Origin: Candidatus Saccharimonadota bacterium
Lineage (GTDB): Bacteria > Pseudomonadota > Gammaproteobacteria > Enterobacterales > Enterobacteriaceae
Length of the DNA stretch: 32,000 bases
Direction: 5' to 3'
Assembly (NCBI RefSeq): GCF_900128735.1
Contig: NZ_LT667503.1
Location: 120,001 to 152,000 of the forward strand
The position numbers were made by a program, and so were the translations under genes. The notes under the pieces are model-generated. The model did not search any database. It was not told the DNA's origin and saw only the letters and a list, made by a program, of their open reading frames with translations. Positions 12,383 through 20,998 of the stretch are shown here, in pieces. How positions within the stretch are numbered: the stretch's first letter is position 1; each line of letters opens with the position of its first letter.

Positions 12383-13861
12383 ATGATACCATTATTTGAA
12401 ATTTTCATTCCAGTATTACCTATATTTTTTTTATTGATTACAATGATTGTTGTTTTTATTTGTATTGCTCTAAAGTTAAATTTTTACAATATGAATATTG
12501 TGATTACTTTTTTTAGTTTATCTTGTAGTATTGCATTAATATTTTTAGGGAATAACAAAGGATATCGATGGTATTCAGAATTGTTTATTATAGATAAATA
12601 TTCTAAAATATCCATGTTTTTTTTATTACTTGCAAGTTTTTATACTTGTATTTTTTCATCTTCATGGATAATATCAAAGATGTATAATAAGATTGAATTT
12701 CTTATTTTTTTATTATTATCAACTATTGGTGGTTTAATTATTTTAATTTCGAATCATATTGCTACATTATTTATTGGAATTGAGTTATTATTTTTACCGG
12801 CATTAGGGATAGTTGGATATATGCATAATTTAAAAAAAACGATTTTTTTTACTTTAAAATATATGATTCTTTCTATTTTTTCTTCTCTTATGATGTTATT
12901 TGGATGTTTGATTATATATTCAGCTACCGGTCAATTATGTTTTTCTCATATTTCTAATATGTTTTTATATTATCCCTCTCTAATGCTAGATAAAAAAATA
13001 TTATTTGGTTTAATAACTATTTTTATCTCTTTTTTTTTTAAGTTGTCTTTATTTCCCCTATATTTATGGACGCCAGATATCTATAATTGTATGAGTGCTT
13101 TTTCATTAATTTATTTTTCTATTGCTACTAAAATTTCGATCTTTACTTTTTTATTGCGTTTTTTATTTGGTATACCAGCATTATACTATTGTAAAATTAT
13201 ATATATTTTATTAATTATTGCGGCTACCTGTTCAATTTTTTTTGGAAATTGTATGGCTTTTTTTCAAAAAAATATTAATAGATTAATTGCATATTCTTCT
13301 GTAACAAATACTGGTTATCTATTATTAATTTTAGTTATTTTATTAAATCAAGTAGAAAGAATTTTTTTAGAGGGTTTTTATATTTACTTTTTTGGATATA
13401 TTTTAAGTATGATTTGTTTTTTTAGTATTAAGAGTTATATAGATTATAAATTTTTTTATAACAATTATTATCAATATAATAATTGTTTACAAGGATTATA
13501 TTGGAAAAATCCCATTCTTTGTTTTTGTATGACTTTATTATTATTATCCTTGGCTGGATTTCCTTTTACATTTGGTTTTTGGGGTAAGTTTTTTTTATTT
13601 CGTTTTTTGTTACACAATAAATTATGGTTTATATTATTAATTATTTTATTTAGTAATATAATTGGTATGCAGTGTTATTTACCTATTATTTCCAGTTTAT
13701 TTCAAAAGAAATATGGTTTATTGGATATCAGTAATGTTGATTCTCTTTTAGAACAAGAATATATAAATATTCAATATTTTTTTATTTTATTTTTAAGTTT
13801 TTTATTTTTTATTTTAGGTTTTTTTCCGCAAAAAGTGATTAATATTATTAATATTTTTTAA
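12383..13861 (+). CDS. nuoN: NADH-quinone oxidoreductase subunit N (NuoN)
   Basis: 492 aa. LFIGIELLFLPALGIVGY, FKLSLFPLYLWTPDIY and INRLIAYSSVTNTGYLL are present. AAGGTGA Shine-Dalgarno at 12366-12372. Last gene of the operon. Confidence 0.9.
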   Translation: MIPLFEIFIPVLPIFFLLITMIVVFICIALKLNFYNMNIVITFFSLSCSIALIFLGNNKGYRWYSELFIIDKYSKISMFFLLLASFYTCIFSSSWIISKMYNKIEFLIFLLLSTIGGLIILISNHIATLFIGIELLFLPALGIVGYMHNLKKTIFFTLKYMILSIFSSLMMLFGCLIIYSATGQLCFSHISNMFLYYPSLMLDKKILFGLITIFISFFFKLSLFPLYLWTPDIYNCMSAFSLIYFSIATKISIFTFLLRFLFGIPALYYCKIIYILLIIAATCSIFFGNCMAFFQKNINRLIAYSSVTNTGYLLLILVILLNQVERIFLEGFYIYFFGYILSMICFFSIKSYIDYKFFYNNYYQYNNCLQGLYWKNPILCFCMTLLLLSLAGFPFTFGFWGKFFLFRFLLHNKLWFILLIILFSNIIGMQCYLPIISSLFQKKYGLLDISNVDSLLEQEYINIQYFFILFLSFLFFILGFFPQKVINIINIF

Positions 13862-13982
13862 AAAATTTTTTTTAAGTACAATTTTTTTTTAAAAATTTTT
13901 TATTTCAAAATATTTTCTAAATATCAATTAAAATTATAGAGGTATTTTAATCTAGTACGTATTTTTTGATTTTTTTGATATG

Positions 13983-14013
13983 AAATGTTGGATTATTTTC
14001 CAACATTTTTTTT
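13983..14013 (+). terminator. Rho-independent terminator candidate downstream of nuoN
   Basis: Perfect 9-bp stem AAATGTTGG (13983-13991) / CCAACATTT (14000-14008) with an 8-nt loop. The stem runs into a T-tract through 14013. It lies about 120 nt after the nuoN stop. It is canonical only on the + strand. Confidence 0.55.
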
Positions 14014-14014
14014 A

Positions 14015-14056
14015 TATTATTTAAAAAAATATTTAAAAATATTTTTTTAAATAATA
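14015..14056. repeat. 42-bp A/T-only palindrome (two perfect 20-bp arms)
   Basis: Arms 14015-14034 and 14037-14056 are exact reverse complements, checked base by base. Only the AA at 14035-14036 is unpaired. It lies between the convergent nuoN and prs, directly after the nuo terminator hairpin. Confidence 0.9.
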
Positions 14057-14107
14057 GGTAAGTTTCTAATTAAAAATAAATAAAATTTATTCTCTTTTAT
14101 TTAAGAA

Positions 14108-15052
14108 TTAGTTGAACATAGCGGAAATCGATTTTTCTTTATTGATTCTTCGAATAGCTTCCGCTAACATTTTTGAAACTGTTAGTATTTTTATTTTTTT
14201 AAGTGAGGTTATTTTTTTTGATACAGGAATTGTATCGCATAAAACAATTTCATCAATTTCTGAATTTTTTAAGTTTTCAGCTGCTGTTCCTGAGAGAATA
14301 GGATGTATAACATAAGAAAACACTCGATGAGCTCCATTTTTTTTGAGAGTTTTAGCTGCTTGACATAAGGTTGATCCTGTATCAATCATATCATCTACAA
14401 GAATACAATCACGATCTTTAATATTACCAATTATATTCATAACTTGAGAAGTATTTGCTTTAGGTCTTCTTTTATCAATGATCGCCATTTCGATATCATA
14501 TAATAATTTAGCAATTGAGCGCGCTCTTATTACGCCCCCGATGTCGGGTGAAACAATAATAGGATTAATAAATTTTCTTTTAAACATATCTTTTAATAAA
14601 ATTAAATTACCAAAAATATTATCTATTGGAATATCAAAAAAACCTTGAATGTGTTCAGAATGGAGGTCTATAGTTAATATTCGATCTACACCAACATTTG
14701 ATAAAAAATTGGCTATAACTTTAGCAGTGATAGGCACTCGAGTTGATCTAATTCTTCTATCTTGTCGCGCATATCCAAAATACGGCATAACGGCCGTTAT
14801 TCTTTTAGCAGACGCTCGACGTAAAGCGTCTATCATAATAATTAATTCCATTAAATTATCATTTGCAGGAGAACAGGTAGATTGTATTAAAAATACATCT
14901 GAACCTCTTATATTTTCATGAATTTGTACGCTAATTTCCCCATCACTAAATCGGCTAACTGTAGCTTTTCCTAGATCTTTTTTTAGAAATTTGGAAACAG
15001 AAAGAGCTAATTGAGGAACTGAATTACCTGAAAATAATTTCATATTATTCAT
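14108..15052 (-). CDS. prs: Ribose-phosphate pyrophosphokinase (PRPP synthetase)
   Basis: 314 aa. Near-colinear with E. coli Prs (315 aa): [73 protein letters not shown]. An alternative in-frame start is at 15043 (MKLF...). Confidence 0.96.
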   Translation of the reverse strand: MNNMKLFSGNSVPQLALSVSKFLKKDLGKATVSRFSDGEISVQIHENIRGSDVFLIQSTCSPANDNLMELIIMIDALRRASAKRITAVMPYFGYARQDRRIRSTRVPITAKVIANFLSNVGVDRILTIDLHSEHIQGFFDIPIDNIFGNLILLKDMFKRKFINPIIVSPDIGGVIRARSIAKLLYDIEMAIIDKRRPKANTSQVMNIIGNIKDRDCILVDDMIDTGSTLCQAAKTLKKNGAHRVFSYVIHPILSGTAAENLKNSEIDEIVLCDTIPVSKKITSLKKIKILTVSKMLAEAIRRINKEKSISAMFN

Positions 15053-15462
15053 TTTAATAAATAACCTTATTTCTATAAAGATATTTTGTTTTTTTGATAT
15101 ATATATTGGTTTTTTCTAATTTTTTGAAAATTAATTCATGAATAAAATAGAAATTAGGATATTATTATGATTAATAAAAGTTAAACTTGATTTTAAAATA
15201 CTTTCTTTTTTGACTTTATAATATTTTTATATGAATTTTATTTCTTATTTTGACCGGCATACTTTTTGAAAATTTATTATATACATAGTATTATATGTAA
15301 TATATCATAGAATAAATATGATAGAAAGTAATTCACATTTTTTTAGTGGTATCAGTGATTTTTTATTACTTTATTTTTACAATACAATTATGAATATGTT
15401 TTTATTTTTTATGCGTTTCATATAAACATTTTTTTAATATTACTATAACAAGGTTATTTTGT

Positions 15463-16521
15463 ATGAAGGATTCAATTTTTAAAAAATTAAAAAATTTAAT
15501 ACAACGTTATAAAGAGTTAGAGTTGTTATTAAAAGATGGATATACTAACCTAAATAAACATAATTTTTCTCAATTATCTAAAGAAAAATCTAAGTTATCT
15601 AATATAAATAAAGCTTTTGTTTCTTGGAATAAAATAAATAATGATATTAAGAATACAGAATTATTATTACATGATATCACTTTAGGAAATTTAGTAAAAG
15701 ATGAATTAAATATTTTGTTTGCTAAAAAGAAAATTTTAGAAACTCGGTTAAAATCTTTTTTATTTCCATGTAATTCTTATAATCAAAATTGTTGTTTTTT
15801 AGAAATTCGAGCAGCAACAGGAGGAGATGAAGCTGCTATTTTTTCAAAAGATTTATGTAAAATGTATATACGTTATGCTGAATTAAATATATGGTCAGTA
15901 AATATTATCAATATTCATGAAAATGAAAAAGGAGGATATAAAGAAATTATATTAAAAATAAAAGGAAACGATGTTTGTAGAAAGTTGGCTTTTGAATCAG
16001 GAGGACATAGAGTTCAACGTGTTCCAAAAACTGAGTCTCAAGGGCGTATTCATACTTCAACTTGTACCGTAGCGATTATGCCAAATGTACCAAAATCTAA
16101 AAAAATATCTTTGAATATAACTGATTTAAAAATTGATACCTTTAGATCTTCTGGAGCAGGTGGGCAACATGTGAATACAACAGATTCTGCGGTTAGGATC
16201 ACGCATTTACCTTCTGGACAGGTTGTCGAGTGTCAAGATGAGCGTTCGCAACATAAAAATAAAGAAAAAGCTCTTGCAGTTTTATGTGCTAAAATTCATA
16301 CAGCAAATATTATAAAAAAAAATAAAGAAAATTCTCTTATTCGTCGTAATTTATTGGGTACAGGCGAGCGTTCAGATAGAAATAGAACGTATAATTTTCC
16401 ACAAAATCGTATTACTGATCATCGCATTAATTTGACTTTATATCGTTTAGATGAAGTATTCGCTGGAAAATTAGATCTTTTAATTAATCCTTTATTACAA
16501 GAATATAAAAATAATAGTTGA
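15463..16521 (+). CDS. prfA: Peptide chain release factor 1
   Basis: 352 aa. GGQ motif ([23 protein letters not shown]). The RF1-type PxT tripeptide is at the E. coli 188-190 position, here [15 protein letters not shown] and [28 protein letters not shown] are present. AAGGT Shine-Dalgarno. TGA stop. Confidence 0.97.
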   Translation: MKDSIFKKLKNLIQRYKELELLLKDGYTNLNKHNFSQLSKEKSKLSNINKAFVSWNKINNDIKNTELLLHDITLGNLVKDELNILFAKKKILETRLKSFLFPCNSYNQNCCFLEIRAATGGDEAAIFSKDLCKMYIRYAELNIWSVNIINIHENEKGGYKEIILKIKGNDVCRKLAFESGGHRVQRVPKTESQGRIHTSTCTVAIMPNVPKSKKISLNITDLKIDTFRSSGAGGQHVNTTDSAVRITHLPSGQVVECQDERSQHKNKEKALAVLCAKIHTANIIKKNKENSLIRRNLLGTGERSDRNRTYNFPQNRITDHRINLTLYRLDEVFAGKLDLLINPLLQEYKNNS

Positions 16522-16556
16522 TCAATGATTTTTTGAGATATAAACGGTATTTTTTA

Positions 16557-17390
16557 ATGAAAATAATAGATTGGATAGTACATGCAAAAAAAAAATTAAA
16601 AATTTCTATGACAGTAAATTTAGATATAAAACTATTATTATGTTTTGTTTTAAAATGTTCTAGAGAGTACCTAATATCTTATGAAAATAGAGTGCTAACT
16701 TTATATGAAATTTATTTATTACAAAATCTGTTGCAGCGTCGTATACATGGTGAACCAATTGCGTATATTTTAAAAAAGAAAGAGTTTTGGTCTTTACCTT
16801 TATATGTTTCATCGTCTGTTTTAATTCCTCGTCCAGATACAGAAATATTAGTACAAGTAGTATTAGATAAAATATCGCGATGTAGAAAAAAAATATTAGA
16901 TTTGGGAACAGGTAGTGGTGCTATAGCTCTCGCTTTAGCAAAAGAAAAATCGTATTGTAAAGTTCTTGGTGTTGATAATTGTGATCATGCTTTGTCAGTC
17001 GCTAAATATAATTTAGATCATTTAAAAATAAAAAACGTTTTTTTCAAAAATAGTAATTGGTTCTCAAGCATTAAAAATAAAAAGTTTAATATTATTGTTA
17101 GTAATCCGCCTTATTTATCATATAAAGATTTTTATTTATCACGGCATAATTTGTTATTTGAACCTTATCATGCTTTAGTTGCAGGAAAATATGGAATAGA
17201 ATATATAAAATATATTATCAAGAACTCTATACATTTTTTTATTTATCCTGGTTGGTTATGTATTGAGCATTGTTATAAACAAAAAAATATTATCAGAAAG
17301 TTATTTAAAGATAATTTATTTGTTAATATACATTCCTATAAAGATTACGCAGGATATATTCGTGTTACAGCAGGTTTAATAAAAGGATAA
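16557..17390 (+). CDS. prmC: Release-factor glutamine N5-methyltransferase (PrmC/HemK)
   Basis: 277 aa from the ATG at 16557, the same length as E. coli PrmC. GEPIAYILKKKEFWSLPLYVSSSVLIPRPDTE, the LDLGTGSGAIALALA SAM motif and the VSNPPY catalytic motif are present. The ORF-track start at 16518 is a TTG overlapping the prfA stop and adds 13 residues with no counterpart. Confidence 0.9.
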   Translation: MKIIDWIVHAKKKLKISMTVNLDIKLLLCFVLKCSREYLISYENRVLTLYEIYLLQNLLQRRIHGEPIAYILKKKEFWSLPLYVSSSVLIPRPDTEILVQVVLDKISRCRKKILDLGTGSGAIALALAKEKSYCKVLGVDNCDHALSVAKYNLDHLKIKNVFFKNSNWFSSIKNKKFNIIVSNPPYLSYKDFYLSRHNLLFEPYHALVAGKYGIEYIKYIIKNSIHFFIYPGWLCIEHCYKQKNIIRKLFKDNLFVNIHSYKDYAGYIRVTAGLIKG

Positions 17391-17423
17391 TTTCTAATTC
17401 ATCTAATTTTTTAAAGTTTTATA

Positions 17424-17451
17424 TTGATCAATCACGTAATTTGATTATAAT
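17424..17451 (+). promoter_or_regulatory. Sigma70-like promoter candidate upstream of sirB1
   Basis: TTGATC (17424-17429), a 16-nt spacer, then TATAAT (17446-17451). It lies about 100 nt upstream of the sirB1 ATG. Such hexamers are common by chance in DNA this AT-rich. Confidence 0.3.
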
Positions 17452-17553
17452 TTATACTGTGATAATTTTTATCTAAGATAAATATTTATGAAGTTGTTTT
17501 ATTTTATTTAGTAATATATATCTTATAGACAAAATACTTATTTTGGATGGCAT

Positions 17554-18363
17554 ATGATAGATTTTATAAACATTGATTTTTCTATAGTTTCTTTATGTGA
17601 AGTAGCTGTTAAAATTATGGAATATATTCGTGATGATTTTTCGGTTAAAAAGGTCCTTTTTGAATTAAATCAAAAAGTAAAAAAAGCAAAATTTTTTTTA
17701 TCGCGAGAAAAAAAACCAAAAGAACAGTTAAAAAAATTATTATATTTATTTTATAATGTCTGGAATTTTGGACCATCACAGAAAAAATATAAACTGTCGA
17801 ATATGATTTGGATAGATTCAGTTTTACAGACACATACTGGTACAGCAATATCGTTGGGAATAATTTTTTTACATATTGCAAAAATTTTTAAATTATCTAT
17901 TGTACCTGTTATTTTCCCGACTCAATTTATTTTACGTGTCAATAATGAGAATAATGAGGTCTTTTTTATTAATCCTTTTAATGGTGAAATATTAGATCAG
18001 TGTATTTTAGAATATTGGTTAAAAGGAAACATTAGTCCTACTACTACGCTATCTTTAAAAGATATTGCGGAAGCTAAACCTTTACAGGTTATTCAAAAAT
18101 TATTAGATATATTAAAGATTTCATTAATCGAAGAAAAATCAATAGAACTCGCTTTAAAAGTCAGTGACTTATTATTAAAAATTAATCCGAAAGATCCATA
18201 TGAAATAAGAGATAGAGGTTTAATTTGTTCACAATTAAAATGTTATAATACAGCTTTATTAGATCTTATATATTTTATAGAACATTGTCCTGATGATCCT
18301 GTTAGTGAAATTATTAAAGTACAGATTCATTCAATTCAACAGAAGAAAAGTATTATGAATTAA
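17554..18363 (+). CDS. sirB1: SirB1/YchA family protein (UPF0162; transglutaminase-like N-terminal part and TPR-like C-terminal part), function unknown
   Basis: 269 aa, the same length as E. coli SirB1 (YchA) and colinear from memory: LLPVIFPTQ(L/F)ILR, INPFNGE, WLKGNISP, NP(E/K)DPYEIRDRGLI, CP(E/D)DP(I/V)SE(M/I)I. It follows prfA-prmC as in E. coli. Confidence 0.85.
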   Translation: MIDFINIDFSIVSLCEVAVKIMEYIRDDFSVKKVLFELNQKVKKAKFFLSREKKPKEQLKKLLYLFYNVWNFGPSQKKYKLSNMIWIDSVLQTHTGTAISLGIIFLHIAKIFKLSIVPVIFPTQFILRVNNENNEVFFINPFNGEILDQCILEYWLKGNISPTTTLSLKDIAEAKPLQVIQKLLDILKISLIEEKSIELALKVSDLLLKINPKDPYEIRDRGLICSQLKCYNTALLDLIYFIEHCPDDPVSEIIKVQIHSIQQKKSIMN

Positions 18364-18498
18364 TAAGTCGGATTTGATTAGATAAAATTAATTTAAATTA
18401 TTGTTAAGAAAATTATTTGATATCTTTATAATTTATTTTTTTGAAAATTAATATAGCAGTATTTTATTTATAAAGTTTATTAATATAAAAAGGTATAT

Positions 18499-19707
18499 AT
18501 GATGCAAAATCAATTGATTTTGGTTTTGAATTGCGGAAGTTCTTCTTTTAAGTTTTCTATTATTGATCCAATTAAAAAAATTACTTATTTAATTGGTGCT
18601 GCAGATAATTTTAATACAAATACTGTGACTTTATATTTTAAAAAATTACAAAAAGATAAAAAATTTATACAGTTAAAAAAAAATTTATCTTATAAAAAAG
18701 TTATTCAATTTGTTTTTGAGGTTTTATGTTCTCAATATTTTTATTACATGGACCATGTGATTGGTATAGGACATAGAGTAGTACATGGTGGAAAAAAAAT
18801 TAAATCTTCAATGCTTATTAATAGTTGTGTTTTGAAAATTATTCAAGAAACAGCAATTTTTGCACCGATACATAATCCTATTAATTTATTAGGTATAAAA
18901 ACATCATTTTTATTAATGCCTCATTTATCTGGAAAAAATGTTGCAGTTTTTGATACAGTTTTTCATCAAACAATGCCTAAATCTTCTTATTTATATGGTA
19001 TTCCATATTATTTTTATGATCGTTATGCTTTACGTCGATATGGTGCTCATGGAATTAATCATTATTATGTCTTAAAAAAAAGTGCTTTTTTGTTAAAGAA
19101 AATAAAAAAGAATTTAAATATTATTAGTTGCCATTTAGGAGGTGGGTCGTCTGTGACAGCGATAGTTCATGGGGAATCCATTGATACTTCAATGGGTTTA
19201 ACTCCGTTGGCAGGTTTAATTATGGGTACCAGGTGTGGTGATATTGACCCTTCTATTATTTTATACATGTCCGAAGTATTAAATTTAAAAATTTCTACGA
19301 TTAAAAAAATATTAAATGAAGAATCAGGTGTTTTAGGTATTAATAAAATTAGCAGTGATTTTAGAATATTGGAAAATTTATATACTAAAAATAAGAACGT
19401 TCGTTTATCTCTTGATATGTATTGCTATCATGTAGCTAAGTTTATTGCTAGTTATACTGCGTGCATGAAAGGGAGATTAGATGCTATGGTTTTTACCGGC
19501 GGAATAGGTGAAAATTCTAATTTAGTTAGAAAAAATATTATTGATCGGTTATCATTATTAAATTTAGCAACGCATAAAGAAAAAAATTTTTTAATGCATA
19601 GTGGAAAATCAGGCTTTATTCATTCATCAAATAGTCGTCCAATTTTAGTTATTCCGGCAAACGAAAATCAAATAATTGCTGAAGATACATTAAAATTAAT
19701 TTTGTAA
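18499..19707 (+). CDS. ackA: Acetate kinase
   Basis: 402 aa. LVLNCGSSSFKFSIID, IGHRVVHGG, NVAVFDT.FHQTMP, RRYGAHG, MGLTPL.GL.MGTR.GDIDP and FTGGIGENS are colinear with E. coli AckA (400 aa). An alternative start is one codon downstream at 18502. Confidence 0.96.
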   Translation: MMQNQLILVLNCGSSSFKFSIIDPIKKITYLIGAADNFNTNTVTLYFKKLQKDKKFIQLKKNLSYKKVIQFVFEVLCSQYFYYMDHVIGIGHRVVHGGKKIKSSMLINSCVLKIIQETAIFAPIHNPINLLGIKTSFLLMPHLSGKNVAVFDTVFHQTMPKSSYLYGIPYYFYDRYALRRYGAHGINHYYVLKKSAFLLKKIKKNLNIISCHLGGGSSVTAIVHGESIDTSMGLTPLAGLIMGTRCGDIDPSIILYMSEVLNLKISTIKKILNEESGVLGINKISSDFRILENLYTKNKNVRLSLDMYCYHVAKFIASYTACMKGRLDAMVFTGGIGENSNLVRKNIIDRLSLLNLATHKEKNFLMHSGKSGFIHSSNSRPILVIPANENQIIAEDTLKLIL

Positions 19708-19767
19708 AAATATTTTTTATATTCAGTCAAAGATTATATTTTATTTAACTTAATAAGATGATTTATC

Positions 19768-20787
19768 ATGAAAAATTATTCAATAGAATTTCAAGATTTT
19801 TTAAAAAAAAAAGCTAGCGAAAATAAAAAAGTAATTATTTTTCCAGAAAATAATAATATTAATTTATTAAAAGCTATCTCAATCAGTAATAATTTAAACA
19901 TTGCCCGATGTATTTTATTAGGTAATGATAAAAAGATTCGTGAGTTAGCTACGCTAAATAACATAATTTTGGATGATTCAATTATTATTCTGGATCCTTG
20001 TTTTATTAGAAATAATTATATTACTCCATTATTAAAATTACACATAAAAAATAATATAAGTAAAAATTTGGCTCTTGAATTATTACAGGATAATATTTTT
20101 TTAGCAATGATGATGTTGTATAGTGATGATGTTGATGGAATGGTGGCAGGAATCTCTTGTTCTACCGGTGATGTTATTCGTTCGATATTAAGTATTTTTA
20201 AACATTTAAATCAAGATATGTTTATATCTTCGGTTTTTTTTATGTTATTTCATGATAAAGTTTTAATTTATGGAGATTGCGCTATTAATCCTGAACCAAA
20301 TGTAGAACAATTAATAAAAATTGCAGAACAATCTTTAAAAACCGCTAAACTTTTTGAAATAGAACCGAGATTAGTTTTTTTGTCTTATTCAACTCATGAT
20401 TCTGGAACAGGAAGATCGGTAGAAAAAATTAGAAACGTAACAAAATTAATGCAAAATCGTTATCCTAATATATTAATTGATGGTCCTTTACAGTATGACG
20501 CTGCTATTAATCAAAAAATTTCTTATATAAAAAGTCCATTATCTGTGATAAATGGAAAAGCCACTATATTAATTTTTCCTGATTTAAATTCTGGAAACAT
20601 TACATATAAAGCTGTTCAACAATCTTCAAACATTTTATCAATCGGTCCTATTTTACAAGGTTTATTAAAACCAGTGAATGATTTGTCTCGTGGGGCATCA
20701 GTGAATGATATTGTATATACAATAGCGATTACAGTAATTCAAGCTCAGCGGAAAAATAATAATAAAAAAATAGATTTTATTCATTAA
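19768..20787 (+). CDS. pta: Phosphate acetyltransferase, catalytic (PTA_PTB) domain only
   Basis: 339 aa. It aligns over its whole length to roughly the last 330 residues of E. coli Pta (714 aa): VDGMVAG, YGDCAINP, SYSTHDSGTG, DGPLQYDAA, FPDLNSGNITYKAVQ, KPVNDLSRGA, DIVYTIA.T.IQ. No N-terminal domain is encoded. Confidence 0.93.
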   Translation: MKNYSIEFQDFLKKKASENKKVIIFPENNNINLLKAISISNNLNIARCILLGNDKKIRELATLNNIILDDSIIILDPCFIRNNYITPLLKLHIKNNISKNLALELLQDNIFLAMMMLYSDDVDGMVAGISCSTGDVIRSILSIFKHLNQDMFISSVFFMLFHDKVLIYGDCAINPEPNVEQLIKIAEQSLKTAKLFEIEPRLVFLSYSTHDSGTGRSVEKIRNVTKLMQNRYPNILIDGPLQYDAAINQKISYIKSPLSVINGKATILIFPDLNSGNITYKAVQQSSNILSIGPILQGLLKPVNDLSRGASVNDIVYTIAITVIQAQRKNNNKKIDFIH

Positions 20788-20901
20788 TTTTTTTATTATT
20801 TTTTATATTTTATAATTTAAATTACTCTTTAATAAATTAATTTTAATCAAATAATTTTTTAGATGAGTTTTTTTTGTAAAAGGAGTTTTTAAAAATAATT
20901 T

Positions 20902-20939
20902 TTCCTATATAAATAAATTATTTAATTGATATATAGGAA
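20902..20939. terminator. Weak AT-rich hairpin between convergent pta and gyrA (possible terminator)
   Basis: 9-bp stem TTCCTATAT (20902-20910) / ATATAGGAA (20931-20939) with a 20-nt loop. A T-run begins 8 nt downstream on the + strand. The long loop and weak stem make this non-canonical. Confidence 0.2.
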
Positions 20940-20998
20940 TACCTTAATTTTTTTTAGAAAAATTATATATTTTTTCAGTGACATCTATTATTTATTGA

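Noticed and set aside
15250-15280. TTGACC at 15250-15255 and other -35/-10-like hexamers in the prs/prfA, sirB1/ackA, ahpC/ung and rnt/pth spacers.
   Set aside because: The spacings to the nearest TATAAT-like hexamer were wrong (8-12 or 19-20 nt) or the -10 match was poor. TATAAT-like strings are ubiquitous here. Only the two candidates with correct 16-17-nt spacing (sirB1 and ssrA) were kept, at low confidence.
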